Assembly: GCF_009914755.1 (NCBI RefSeq)
Contig: NC_060930.1
Length of the DNA stretch: 64,000 bases
Source: the human T2T-CHM13v2.0 reference genome, Homo sapiens
Reading direction: 5' to 3' (one strand)
The notes beneath the pieces are model-generated. The model did not search any database. It saw nothing but the letters and a program-made list of their open reading frames with translations, and was not told the origin of the DNA. The translations under genes and the position numbers were made by a program. Positions 49,051 to 62,189 of the stretch are shown piece after piece (position 1 is the first letter of the stretch; each line of letters begins with the position of its first letter).

Positions 49051-50566
49051 TATAGCTCTGGAATGTGAATAATTCCTCAAATATTAAACAGCCCCTTTGA
49101 ATGTCCCTTTTTCTTTCCTGGTTAACTCCATCACTTTCCCAGATCTCACCTCAGGGTACTAGGGCCCTAGAAGCTTTTCCCAGCCTCTCACTACCCCCAG
49201 CCAAGCTGTCCGAGAACCTGAGAGCTTTTGGTGGGTGAAGGGGAAAGAAAGGACATAGGAAGGATAACAGAGCAAGCAATGTTTTCTTCATTAACATACT
49301 AAAAGTTAGTTATGTTTTGGGGAGTCTCTCCCATGGTGTTGGTGTATAAAACAGGAACATCTGTCCCTTAACTTTATTGCTTGTAAAGGAATCAGTTTAT
49401 CAGGGGTGATTTGTGTCTGTCTGGGATGATTTCTTAAATCTCTTCCAGTCCAGTGATTCTGGTAATTGTCCTTATGTCTGAGTCCTAGTACTTGTGACAT
49501 TTAAGCTAGTTCCAAATTAGTCTTTTCTGTCCTCTTCAGGGAGAATGAAGAGGAGATGGGGGAGGAGGAATGATGCTTCTGTGTCTTTTCCTCCATCTGA
49601 TGAACATTGCCAATGTGTGTCTGTCATTTAACTGAAATTTTGAGCATACTGATTCTGCTACCACTAGCATTTTGTTAGCTTACCTGATATCTGTGAGTGG
49701 ATTAGATTTGTATAATTATAATAGATTCAAAAATGGAGTTATGAACTTCATTTGGTAGGGTTTACTTCAAATACACATGTAAATCAAATAGTTTTTATGT
49801 TTTATTTCTGCTAATGTCTACAATATGAAGTGAATATTTCATAAAATTTCAGAGTGTTAGAGGTATGTAGACATTTAGAAATCACCTGAATCAATACTGT
49901 CTTTTTCTAGAGATGAGAATGCAAATGTCCAGCATGAAGACACAAGAGTTAGTTGAAAAAGTAGGTATCTTGACTCCCTCTATGCCAGAGATTTTTCTAG
50001 TTTATATCTATGGCTCTTAAGTCTTAAATCAAGTAATTGGAAAGTAATTAGAAAAGTTATATTTCATCAATTTTTAAATATTAGTCCATGTGGAGAAGTC
50101 TAGATCACTGGGTTCCAAATTTAGGGTGGTTAATATAGAAACAGTATTAAAGGAGGAGTTGCCCCAGGGTTTTTTCCTCTTGAAATTACTTGATTGCAAA
50201 CACAGTTTTAAATCTTCTTCTTTCCCCCTTCTTCTCTCCCTTCCATTCTTCTTCTAGTGTAATGATCATTTTAAATGGTCAGTATGCATCTTGGTGTCCA
50301 GTTGCTTGGAATTAAACATATGTCCCCAAGAAATGTACTTTTATTTTCAAGAAGGATATTGTTTAATTTAGGAAGAACAAATAAACTCACACAGCAAGAT
50401 TTGTCAATAATAGATGAAAATCACAGAAGCCTGACATGGAAACTTCTCATTATTTATTTCAAAGTTGTAATGGATTTTTAGAAAAACAGAGCTTACATTT
50501 GCTTACATTTTTTGTAGTCTTTTATAGATGGTAAAACACTTTCATACATATACGGTCTTGTTTAAT

Positions 50567-50746
50567 CAGAGTTGTCAGATTTACAAAAAAACAATACCCA
50601 GTTGAATTTGAATTCTAGGTACACAATGAATAATTGTTTTAGTGTAAGTGTGTTTCAAATATTGCATAAGACATTGGAAAAAGTTTTCATTGTGTATTTG
50701 GCAGTCAAATTTAACTGGCCATCCTGTATTTTATTTGACCACCCTG
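50567..50746. mobile_element. MER53 palindromic hAT MITE inserted in an antisense MIR
   Basis: Arms 'cagagttgtcagat...cccagttgaatttgaat' and 'tcaaatttaactggccatcctgtattttatttgaccaccctg'; TSD TGTTTAAT/TATTTGAT. Confidence 0.88.
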
Positions 50747-50819
50747 TATTTGATCCTTCTGACAATGCTGTAAAGTTGGTAGGACAATGTCCCCATTATA
50801 CAGATGAATCTGAGTATCC

Positions 50820-52110
50820 CCCTATGTGTCAGGTCCTGGGCTATTCTTGAATACAGCATGATGCATACATTATGCATATCTTAAGGATACTACAGCCCAG
50901 TCATCAGAAAACCACTTCAGTGTGTTCCATGTAGTAATAGGGGAAAGAATACGGTCCTATAGAATCTTATAGACAAGACACCTAATCCAATATTGGCAAA
51001 TCAGAAGGCTTTGTAAGGGCGACATCTATGTTGAATCCGGAATACTGAATAAGACTTAAGTACAGACAAGACTGGGTAATGAAGAAAGAAATAGGAGAAA
51101 AGTTATTATGGTATTACTTAAGGAACTGTACATTGTTCAGTATGACAGGTTGGAGGATACACTTTGACAAGTGAGGTTGAAGAGGTGAGTGAGAAGGAAC
51201 TCAAGAAATGACATGCATAATGCAATTGTTCATTTTCCTCAGGGCACCAAGTACGCTTCAAGATGAGATGAAACTATCTAATTTGAGTTTTAGTGTGACT
51301 ATTGTGTTGCTGTTTGAAGAATGGACTGAAAGGGGAAAGGCTAAAGAAAGATCGTTTATTTATTCAACAAATTTTTATTTAGTGCTAACTGTGAACTAGG
51401 TACAATTTGGGAGACCTGTAGTAATTCCAGTGACAACTGAACGTATTGAAAACTAAGATAATGGCTGTAGGGATGGGGAGAAGTGGATCTCTGGAGAGAT
51501 ACTAGGAAGTGAATCAACAGAAATTGATTATTAACAGGGCTTGGCGTGTGAGGAGGAAGAAATAAGTGAAGCCACTGGAAGCTGAATGAATGAGTGACAT
51601 TGTTTGCTGATATAGGAAAAAAATCCCACATGGGGAAGGGATGAAAATACTTTTCAATTTAGGATATACTGTTTGATGTGCCTGTGGGGCTTCCAAGGGG
51701 AGATATTAAGGAGGGCAGTTTTTATAAACATCAAACCTTGAAGGGAGATGTGGGCTGAAGATTCTTCATGATTTATGAATGATGAGTTTTTAGAGCTGGT
51801 TATTGAAATAATAGGTGAGAACAAGATCACCCAGGGAGTGTTTGGAGTCAGAAGACTGGCTGCCAGACAGAATCCCCAGGGGAAATCCACACTTAAGAAG
51901 CCAATCTAACAGAGGAAGTTAACAACAGTGCAAGAAAAGCTGCAAGAGAAACTAAACAACAATGCCTAGAAAATAGAGAAAAACCAATGAATAAGACCTG
52001 TTCAAAGATCCAGAGGTCCAGTTTGTCAAAAGCTGAGGACAGATACAGTAAGATGAGAACTTAAAAAACAAGTTCCATCTTCAACTATACAACAAAAGTT
52101 GTTATTGATC
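50820..52110 (-). mobile_element. L2 fragments (long, composite)
   Basis: L2 motifs throughout; second L2 tail 'tttatttattcaacaaatttttatttagtgc' at ~51355. Confidence 0.7.
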
Positions 52111-52244
52111 TTTGGCTTAATGAGGACTGGCTCAGGAAATAAGGTGAAGTGTACCTACAGAAAATGAAGTGATCTGTACCTACAGGTGGGGCCCATTTGT
52201 AAACAGAGTTATGAGTTTAGGAAGATCAGAATAGACCACAACAC

Positions 52245-52520
52245 TTGTCTAACTGTATTTCTTGGAGCATTAATACAGTGAGAAGCTTCCTTGAAAACAT
52301 TTAGAGCAAAAGAAATTTGGGAAATAATACATATTGTGTTAGCATATTTAATATTCTGAGAAGTTTTGAAGCAATGAAATTCACCTAATCTTACTTATCC
52401 TAGTGTTGAGTGTAAATATAATGTATATGTATAGTTTATAAAGATACATTATACACACATACACACACACACACGTGCACACATAATGTCATGGAACACA
52501 GTTGGAGAAATTCTGGGCTA
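52245..52520. mobile_element. MER103-like hAT-Charlie element with a (CA)n expansion
   Basis: 'ttagcatatttaatattctgagaagt', 'catggaacacagttggagaaattctg'. Confidence 0.55.
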
Positions 52521-52586
52521 GAGCAAATAAGTCCGTTGATGCAAAAAAATTGAACATATTTGTTTTAAGAAATCCAGACAATACTA

Positions 52587-52716
52587 GGTCGGGCGCCATG
52601 GCTCCCACCTGTAATCCCAGCACTTTGGGAGGCTGAGATGGGCAGCTCACTTGAGCTCAGGGGTTCGAGACCCACCTAGGCAACATAGTGAGACTCCATC
52701 TCATTAAAAAAAAAAA
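52587..52716 (+). mobile_element. Alu monomer (FLAM_C-like)
   Basis: Monomer plus A tail; degenerate TSD AAATCCAGACAATACT / AAATACAGGTAACACT. Confidence 0.88.
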
Positions 52717-53479
52717 ATACAGGTAACACTGACGTAGCCTTTTAGCTTAAATAATATTGTGAATTATTTGAAGAGAAAATAAAAATTAACTATAATCCTA
52801 CCACCCCGTTATAATAATTGCTAACACATTTCACATATATACACTTAAAAAATAAAAATGAGAACACACCATTCATTTTGTTTGGTGATCTGGATCCCTC
52901 ACCCTTTTAACTCTGACCCCATGTGCCAGGGGACACTTGGAGATGCCAGACTTGCCTACTGGGGAGACTTCCGGGTTGTTAGCCATGCCATCATTACCCC
53001 TTTCTTTGGAAAGGTTTGGTTGATAACCTGATTCTTCGGTTTATAGAGCTTGGCCTTTACTGTTTTATTTTATGAGGTAATTTATACAAGTTACAACCAG
53101 GACGGATCAGAAGCATAACATATTCTGCAAAATATGAATGTCCTCTGTACTCTGTCCAGGACAATTGCGTTACAATACTTGCTATTTTGTAACATTTTTA
53201 TTTAGAGAATGGCAGTGACCTGGCTGTTCATGGAGTTTGTCTATGGGATGAAACTCTGCTGGTGGAGAGAAGTGTATTCCCCCTACTAAGAATTTTGATT
53301 AAAAAAAATCTCCCCAACAGAAGAATGAGAAACACAATAAATATTTGCTCTGAATCTTGATCTTACTGTCGTGTATATTTGAAAACTAGTTTAGGCCGGC
53401 AAAGAAAAGGCCAGCATTACCTAAAACACATAAGCATCTTTTAAAGTGTCCACACAGAAACCATCATTTAAAATTTCTA

Positions 53480-54230
53480 GATCCATTTTAGAGAACAATT
53501 TTTAATTTAATCAATTCCTAGTTATGAGGCATTTAGGGTGTTATAATTTATCATTACTATTCATAGTACAACACCCAAATCTTTTCATACAACATACACT
53601 CAAACACATACACTCGCATGCACACCTACACACACTCACAATCTTTTCACATGGTTTATTATTATTTTTCCCCTTGGTGTTAAGTTTCAGAAGCAGGATT
53701 GATGGGTCAATGAAAATGTAAACTTAAAATTTAAAATCATACGTAATGTCAAATGGCTTCCTGAAAGCCTGTACTAATCTAACCATCTAACAGCATGGAT
53801 GTTATTAAGTGTTTTAATATTTGCCAATCTAAGTAAAATCAAATATTGTTTGATTTTTATTTATTTGATTAATAATAAATTTGAACATCTTTTCACATGT
53901 CAATAAACAATATTTTTTCATTTACTTCTTTTGAAATTACCTGTACATATTTCTTAATCAGCTTTCTATTACTGTATTTGTCTTTTTCTTATTGATTTGT
54001 AAAAGCTCTTCTTATATTAAAAATATTAATCCTCTTTCCATTGTATATGCTCCAAATATTTTTACAGTTTTCCTTTTTATTGTAACTTTTTTTGATTATT
54101 TTCATTGTGATAGTTGAATCTATTCATCTTTCCTTTATAATCTTTGGCATTAATATTTTGCCTTATATTGACATCCCAAGTTTATATTTATAGAAATATT
54201 TACACAAATTTCTTTCTAGATTTTCATCTC
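53480..54230 (-). mobile_element. L1ME-like fragment
   Basis: T-rich antisense L1 motifs 'ttgaacatcttttcacatgt', 'ttgatttgtaaaagctctt'. Confidence 0.7.
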
Positions 54231-54699
54231 TCATATTTTGACCAATCAAAATAGATAGAATGTACATTCTCAGGTCATCCTTCAGCTTCACCAGGGCAAA
54301 GTTGGTAACTGAGACATTCATTTCACTTAATACTTGGTTAAAAGAAAAGCAAAATCACATTTTTACATCTCTTGGTCATCATTTTGGTGTAGCCAAGTCA
54401 AAGTACTCATGTTTAAAAGGATAGGTCAATTCAATTGCCAAGATGTATTGTTAGGTCAGAACGAATGGAGAAATACCTTCTTCCTAAGGGAATTTTATAA
54501 TCTTTAGCATTGAGTTTGTGAAGCAATAAGTGTAATCTTCTGCCTGCCCCACCACCCCACATTTGAATTTTTCAAATGACTTTCTGTTTTCTTGAAAGCC
54601 CACAACAATAATATTTTGCACTGCTATTCTGAAGAACACTAGAAATATACATTCTATTTGCTAGGAAATGTCTGCTGAGTACATGGAATTAGCTCATAC

Positions 54700-55281
54700 A
54701 TGTGACGACAATAGTGGACATCTATTGCTTTCGCTTGATCACTATTTCTTTGTCTCTTAGAACCAACACACTGATTTTCTTCTGGGAAATATCCTCTCCT
54801 GAACTTCATGTAGTCCTGTGGGGCTATATGTTATTAGGCACTCTTTTCTCTGCTCCATGTTTTATGATCAGAATGGCCAATTCGATCACATCTTCCTCCT
54901 TTTGGTCTTTGTGATTTTTTCAAGGACAGTCCTGTGATCCAAAACTGGGTTGATGAGTTTCCTAAAATTTGGTACGTCACTCCTTGGGGTAGAGGAAGAG
55001 AGAGTCACGTATTTTTTTGGATGACAAATTGTATTGAAATCATTAGTTGGAATTATGAAGTTGTGTTCCTTTTTTCTTTTATAAAAGAAATTGAGGTTAA
55101 CATGGAAAGAAGCAGAGAAAGAGATGAGGAGTGGAGACCTGAACCTAGTCAGCCCTAAAATCAGCACTAAACTCTCAACTATTTGGTATTTATCTAATGA
55201 ACTAACTCTTTCTCTTTCTTAAAAAGCTAGGTTGAATTATTATTTCTTGTAACTTGAAACTAAACGATTGTTGATTAATAC
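54700..55281 (+). mobile_element. Old ERVL/MaLR-type LTR
   Basis: Starts 'tgtgacgacaatagtggacatctattg'; ends 'ttcttgtaacttgaaac...gattaatac'. Confidence 0.55.
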
Positions 55282-56394
55282 CTCAATAGAGCCACAGCCT
55301 TAGAAATGGTAAGATTATTACTGTTGGGTAGAGATTGATTGCTAGATTTTACTCTTGCTATAAATCTGGAAACAGGTATGGAATGTGAAAGAACATAAGG
55401 TTGAACAGTAAGACAATCCTCTGGTTTCCTAGTAAATGGGTCCTGAGAATTATTTTTAGATTTGTCACTGGCTGACTACCTAATTCTGAAAATGACTGCA
55501 TTATTAAAGAATGATATTGGAGTGATACTAGTTAATTTTGGTAAGTCACTAAACAGCACTCTCCCATAGTCCCTGCAAATGAACAGTGGCTATTTAAGCT
55601 GCACACTGTCAAACAAAGGTGTGTGATAGGGATTGATTAAATGGTTTCAAATGGCTGGAATTCCCCAGAGAATATGGCTATGTAATAGATGGTGTCATTG
55701 CCTGTGTTTAAACAGCGTGTTTAGAGGTGGGTTTTTACTGCTGTTATCATGATTGACTTGCTATTGCAGCATTCTATATAGGGCACAATAAACACAGGTG
55801 TCACTCCTCATTGCATTGCTGACTTGGGAATACCAGATAGGTGATAATATTCAAACAACAGTCTTTTAAGAACTAAGTAGGTGTTACCACTTTAAGATGT
55901 TAAATGTAGCTCTCAAAAAGAAAAATCCTTCCATTTTGTTATCTTAGTACATGATACATTGCACACTTTTAAAAAGTCATACAAAAATTTAAGTAATTGA
56001 ATGGCTCGAATGACATTCATTCTTTCCTCCTTCTTTCCTTAAGAAACAGTTTGGTTGGGGTGCTGTCTGTATTCCTATTTTCAGTTTTATTCTAGTTTTT
56101 GGTACGGCTTTTTCTCCACATAAACCCATTTCCTCTTCTCACGAGATATCCATTATCATAGATATCCATTATATCCTTCAGAAATGTAGACAATAGAGAG
56201 GTAAGAAGATGAGTTTGATGTTTGATTTTTCATTTTCCCACAGCTTTTAACAAAATAACAGTATGACTTTAGTAACATTTTTCAGAAAATTCACACTCAA
56301 CTTGGCAAGATGATGTTAGAAACAGAAGTGAAAGAGGAGGAGAAGAATGATGACATAAGCAAGGATATAAAGCAATCGATATAAGTGTGGCTTT

Positions 56395-57150
56395 ATTTAA
56401 AAATTTTTATTGAACCATAAAATACAAAAATTTCAGCAGAACCAATTTATTAATTTTTACATGTGTATGTGTCCAAGTAAGCACCACACAGGTGAACATA
56501 CAGAATATTTCTAGACCTTCAGAAGTCTACCTCTTTTCCCCTCTGGACGGTATCCACCGCAGTGATAACCACTGTTGTGATGTTTATCATAATGGATTCG
56601 TGTTGGCCTGTTCTTAAATTTCCATAAATGGAATCATATAGCCTATGCATTTTTTTGGCTTGGCTACTTATATTCAATATTTTGTCTGAGATATTCATCA
56701 TTGTTATTGAATGTAGCTGTAATTTTTGCTTTATAAAAATATAACACAATTTACTTTTTGTAAGAATATAACACAATTAAGCAAATCTATAGAAACAGAA
56801 AATAAATTAGTTGTTGCCTGGGGCTCAGGGTGAGAAAAGGGATTAACTGTAAAGGAACATGAGGGATCTTATCAGGGTAATGAAAGTTTTCTGAAACTAG
56901 GCTACAGTGATGGTTGCACAACTTAGTAAATTTTCTAAAAATCATTGAGTTGCACATTTTAAACTGGGTGAATGGTATGGCATATAAATTATATTTCACT
57001 AAAGCTTTTTAAAAATGCCACAATTTATTTATCCATTCTACAGTTAAGGAACACTTGAATTGGTTCCGGCTTTGTGCTATTATGAATGAAGGTGCAATAA
57101 ACGTACTTCAGTGTGTCTTTTGGTGAACATATGCACTCATTTAAGTTGGA
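56395..57150 (-). mobile_element. L1M 3' fragment interrupted by an opposite-strand L1M 3' end
   Basis: Antisense L1 ('ataaatggaatcatatagc') resumes at ~57018 'cacaatttatttatccattcta'. Confidence 0.8.
56780..57015 (+). mobile_element. L1MB/MC-like 3' end, nested
   Basis: 'gcaaatctatagaaacagaa...gtgatggttgcacaact...aaattatatttcactaaagc'. Confidence 0.85.
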
Positions 57151-57994
57151 GTAAGATTGTTTGCTCAAAGTTCATTACTTTTTATAAACTTATTGTAATG
57201 CAGTATTTTATTGATTACTAAAAGTTTTACATTTGTATTGTAGTATTCATCTTTAAAAGACAAAGACAAGAATCCAGGATGATCATACTTACCGTCCAGA
57301 ATTGAAAAGTGACAGCACCCTGTCATTTGCTTTAGATATTTGTCTTTCCTTTTGAAAGAAAAGAAATGTAAGCCTTGTTCATTGACATCTGGCATATAGT
57401 CAGTATTCATGAAATATTAGTGAAATAAATGTATTTAAGGTAACAGTTTTTAGATTGCAAGAGGAATGCACACTCAATGTAAGAGTCTTTTATAAACGGT
57501 ATATTGAATATGCTTTTTTACTGCCTACTTTAAAAAATAATACTTAATATTTATTTTTCGTTTTCTCTGTGTCAGAAAGTTCTACTAAGCACTTCATAGA
57601 CCTTATTTCATGAAAAACATATATTGTGCACACAATTATTGTAACACAATTTATGATGATTGAATGTATTTCTTTGCGCAAATTTATCATAATTTATTTT
57701 AATAATCTTCTATTCTTGAACATTGGTTTGTTTCCAAATTTTTACTTTTCTAAGTGACAAATCAAATAAATTCTTTATACATAACTTTGATTATTTCCTT
57801 AGTATAGAGCTTTGGAACTAGAACTATAAGACCAAGGAATAGATACATTTTAGAGTTGTATGGTTTGTTTTGTCAGAATAAACTTCAGAAAAGTTGTACC
57901 CTTGTAGACTCTCACCAGTACTATAGGAGACCAGCTTAAGGCAAAGAAGTAGGTTTTGTTTTGATACAGGAAATAACGTTTTCACAAAATAGCT

Positions 57995-58110
57995 GTCCTG
58001 AAGATATTCAGGCAGGTGTTGAGTGAACATCTGTCAAGGATGCTGGAAAGGGGAACTCACACTGGGTGGCAGTTGGTTTATAAATTTTAATGACCTTTTC
58101 TACTCTCAAA
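57995..58110 (+). mobile_element. L3/CR1 (or MIR3) 3' end
   Basis: 'ttcaggcagg...catctgtcaaggatgctg...gaccttttctactctc'. Confidence 0.55.
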
Positions 58111-61100
58111 TTTGTAAAAATACTATTTCCTATTCCTCATTCCTCATTGCTTAATTCTCTTAGAACAACATTTTAATAAAGACTTGTTGATCTTAATGTC
58201 AAGATTACCTTCTGTTTGCTATTTACAATTCTCATTAGATCCAATGTTTGCATTTCCAAGTAAATAAACTGACATCTCTTTATTATTTTATTCATGACTA
58301 AACTCTTTCTAAAAGGGCATCAGCACTGTACCCATAAGAATAGTCTCATGTGAGAAACTCATTTAAAAATCATATTTTGGATCCTTGGTAAAACCACTCT
58401 TTTCTTTTTGTATTGGGAAATGAAATATACAGTGTTAATACTTGATCCCTGTGAGATTAGAGTCTCCTTGAGAAAGCATTCTCAAATGTGCACTATGAGA
58501 ATAAAAATATGGACATAAAAATTAGAAAAATAATGTACTTAAGTGAACTTTGGGAGGGTTTTCCCACTATACTTTTACACTAAAGTCTTTTGAGTATATT
58601 TTAGGTTTGTGTAAGATAAAGTATTTCATTGGAGGATTGACTATTTCATAATTAAATCACCACTGAGCACAGTGGTAGTGGGTTTCATTTGGTGAAAATT
58701 ATCGACATGGTATTGTGCTGCAATATCACACATGTATAAAAAGTACAACAACATAAGTTCTTTGTCTTTGAACACTGTACAATCAATATTCTATTACTAC
58801 AATGCTGGTTTTGTTGCATTGTAGCTAAATTAGTGTGTCAGGTATAGAGATGCTTAAACCAGACATTCACATAATGAGGATGATGCAAGAATTCTAATCA
58901 TTTTGTCACCTAATACACACTTATCTTTTTCCCTCCAGAGGTTTCAGAAATACTTCTCAATTTAAAAGTCATTAAGATATTTATAAATATCTAAGGAAGT
59001 GTGTTAATTTGTATTATTGTAGATAAAATTGTATGATAAAACTGACATTTTAGTAATAATGATTATATTCATACAGGGCCCTATTGTTAGCGTCCAGTGG
59101 GTGTTATTTCTCAACTTGGTATAAATATAAATCCTTAAAAGTATGGAAATGCAAGCTACTTAAAAAATATAAATGGAATATGGAAATGTTACTGAAATAC
59201 TAATAATATTACATAGTGAGTCCTAAAGTGTGTCTAAAGTACAAGCTATCTGTATCCCTTTAACTGGGAACTCACTAGGAGAAAGAGAAAATATAGTGGC
59301 ATATACATATGTTATGATAATATGTAACATACCACCCGAAAAATGCATAGAAGCTAACGGAAATACTTTGAGCTTAGCTTAAGCAATGCTATATCATCTT
59401 AATATTTTTATTAATATAAAATCCAAATTACTTAGAGCAAATACCATGTTGTATTGAAATATTTATTGCATTCATTTTTATTTACTAACAGGAATTAACA
59501 AGTTTAAGTGTATACGTTTCTTATAGTTTTTCCAGCATTTTCAAGCAGGTCTTGCAATTTTGCCTACATTTTTTACAAGATTTAAAACATTTATATATAT
59601 ATTTTTCCTGATTTTAGAATAACCTTAGGAATTAAGGTTTTTTCTGTGTGTGTGCATATGTGTTTCTCAAGGACAGGACTGAGGCAAAATGACAATAACA
59701 AATATATATGTAGTTGAACAATTGCAAAGTAAGGACCGCATTTTTCTTTTTATTATCAAGCATGATGGCTTAGTGAGGCTGAATAGTGACAAATTGGTTT
59801 TAAAAGTACCGCCAAAGATGAGAGGAATTTTATCTGAATTGGATAAGGGATATTTCTTGATTAGGACAAATATTTGAAATTTCTCCATAAATGATAGACT
59901 ATACACACACATACACACATTTGTCTCGGTGAACCTGCAGGTTGTTCTTTGAGAATAATTTTGGCAGGTTATGTGGACAATGGCTTGCTTTTCTCTTTAC
60001 CACCTGGTTTCTTAACCCCATATCCTATTATGATCTCTCCCTCCTGATTTCTATACCTGCGTAACATTGGTTTATACATGGAGGTGTCTACACAGCCTCA
60101 CAGTTGTGTGAAAACAACCTGGCATATTGCAGCACTGAGGTGAGTGCAGATGTGACTGAGGGAGTGGGTGGACCAGAGCAGGGACACACAACTGGGATGA
60201 AGACAGAAGTGATAGAAGTAATAACTGGACAACTGAGGGCCAGAAATGACTGCAGTACCAAGGCTTGGGAAGAGGTAGCAAAAAAAGTTATGAGTTATGA
60301 AAAGCTTAATTGCAAAAATGCAAAGAAATTAACATTTTAGGCACATTTGATTTTTGTGACTGAGTAAAATTCAAACCTGCTACAAAAGCAAATCACATAA
60401 AATGGAAGTTTTGTGTCTGCCAAGCTTACTCATCTTAGGGTCATCTATCATCCTAAGCAAAATATTAAGTGCACTATTCACTTAATGTTGAGAATTCATG
60501 TGAATCTTGAATAGTCTGCATATAATATTAAGTTTCAATGGCCATATTCATTTACTTTCAATTAATAAATGGATTTGTCTGCTTCATGATGGGTCTTTGT
60601 TTTACATTTGAAAATCTCTAGCATGGACACCTTTTCTTTTGGCAGCTTTCCAAAATATGTTCTCTTATTAGCTCCAAAGCACCCAGGAAATCATCAATGA
60701 TGTCTCCAACAATCCTCTCAGAACTAAGTAAAGGACATATATCATGGTTAATATTATAAAACTCTTTTATTATGATTGACAGATAGATGATATAACCTTT
60801 AGGGGCTAAATTGTTTCTCAGATTAAAATTAAAGCAACTGATGGTTTCTTCTAAGAATAAAATAAAGATGAGTTTTACAAACATAAATAATGAATACATG
60901 AGAAAGTGAAAACGCCCTGTAATCAGGGGAGGGGTTATGTGTAGAGGGACGGTCAGAGAGATAGGGCACATGAAATTACTTGACGACATAAGACAGTGAT
61001 TTTACATTTTGACAGATTGTTTCACTGTGGCAGCATTAACATGACTGCATCAAAAATAAATGTCAGAATCTCAGCATCGGGAGATTGCTGTGGGAATGCA

Positions 61101-62189
61101 AAAGGGCTGAACCTGCCCCATCCGAAATGTGGGTCTGTTGTTCAATGGTGATCTCCTTTAATAAAACTGAATCAGATGAATAAACAAACCTGCTAATCAG
61201 ATTATATATATTTGAGAATATGCAGTTCTGCTTTGTGGCAAAGGCATCAAAATACATAGCACAATGTATCAGCACCTTTTCACATTTTTTTTTTTTTGCC
61301 AGAGTGATGTCAACACAATCTCTCAAATTAACATTTTTATCTGTCAACCATTGTGGGTGAACATGGTTACCATGTCAGCATGAGTAGAGAGAGAGGGAAG
61401 AGTGAAAGAAGGGGAAAGGATAGAAGCATTTGCAGTTTGTAAGTAACTCGAGTTCAAGAAGTATTAAATCCTGGCCATTCGTGACAGCCTTATGACAACT
61501 AACATGTAATCCTACTCTGAAAAATTATTCCAACTTTCATTAACCGAGGAAGAAAGGAATAAAACCAATTAGCAAAACAGACTCCTCCACTCTAAGTGGC
61601 CTAGGCTTTATTATTTGAAACATTTAGAGCCAGACTCGTCAAAGTGCAAAACAATTCTCAGTATGAAGCAAACCTGTGCCAGTAGGGGGTGAGTAAGAAG
61701 ATCAAATGGTTGGGCTTCCTCTCCTTCCTGATCTGGCTCTTGGGATCCCTGAAGCTGTTCTGCTGTAAAATTAAATTAGTACTTTTGGGTAGGAAAAAGG
61801 TTGGGTTAGAGTTTTTCTTTATGATAAATTACTTTAGGGGATTTGCTCTGTGAGAAAGCTTAATTATTTTTTCTGTAAAAAATTCTCTCTAGCATTCTGG
61901 CTCCAGGGAGACATCTTAAAAAAGGAGGGAGACTTTGTGGAAGATCATATAGAAGTTCCCTCAAATATATGTAATGAATATGGAATAGCTGAGCAAAGAA
62001 CACCCTTTTCCCTCGCAGCTAAAAAGTAAAGATTTTCTTTTTACTTAAACGAACAACTAATGATATGCCATGGTTAAAATCCTTTATTGTGCTAACTCAT
62101 CACCATACCCTGTCTTTCATAGGCATATATACACAATTCAGCAGTGTCTGCATCTTTTCTCATTCTTTAAAAACCACAGGTGACAATAG

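Noticed and set aside
50620-50700. miR-1302 family gene
   Set aside because: The mature-like sequence (TTGGGACATACTTATGCTAAA as I recall it) is not preserved on either arm
61358-61378. p53/p63 response element
   Set aside because: CATG cores are 5 bp apart rather than the 6 bp of the canonical site
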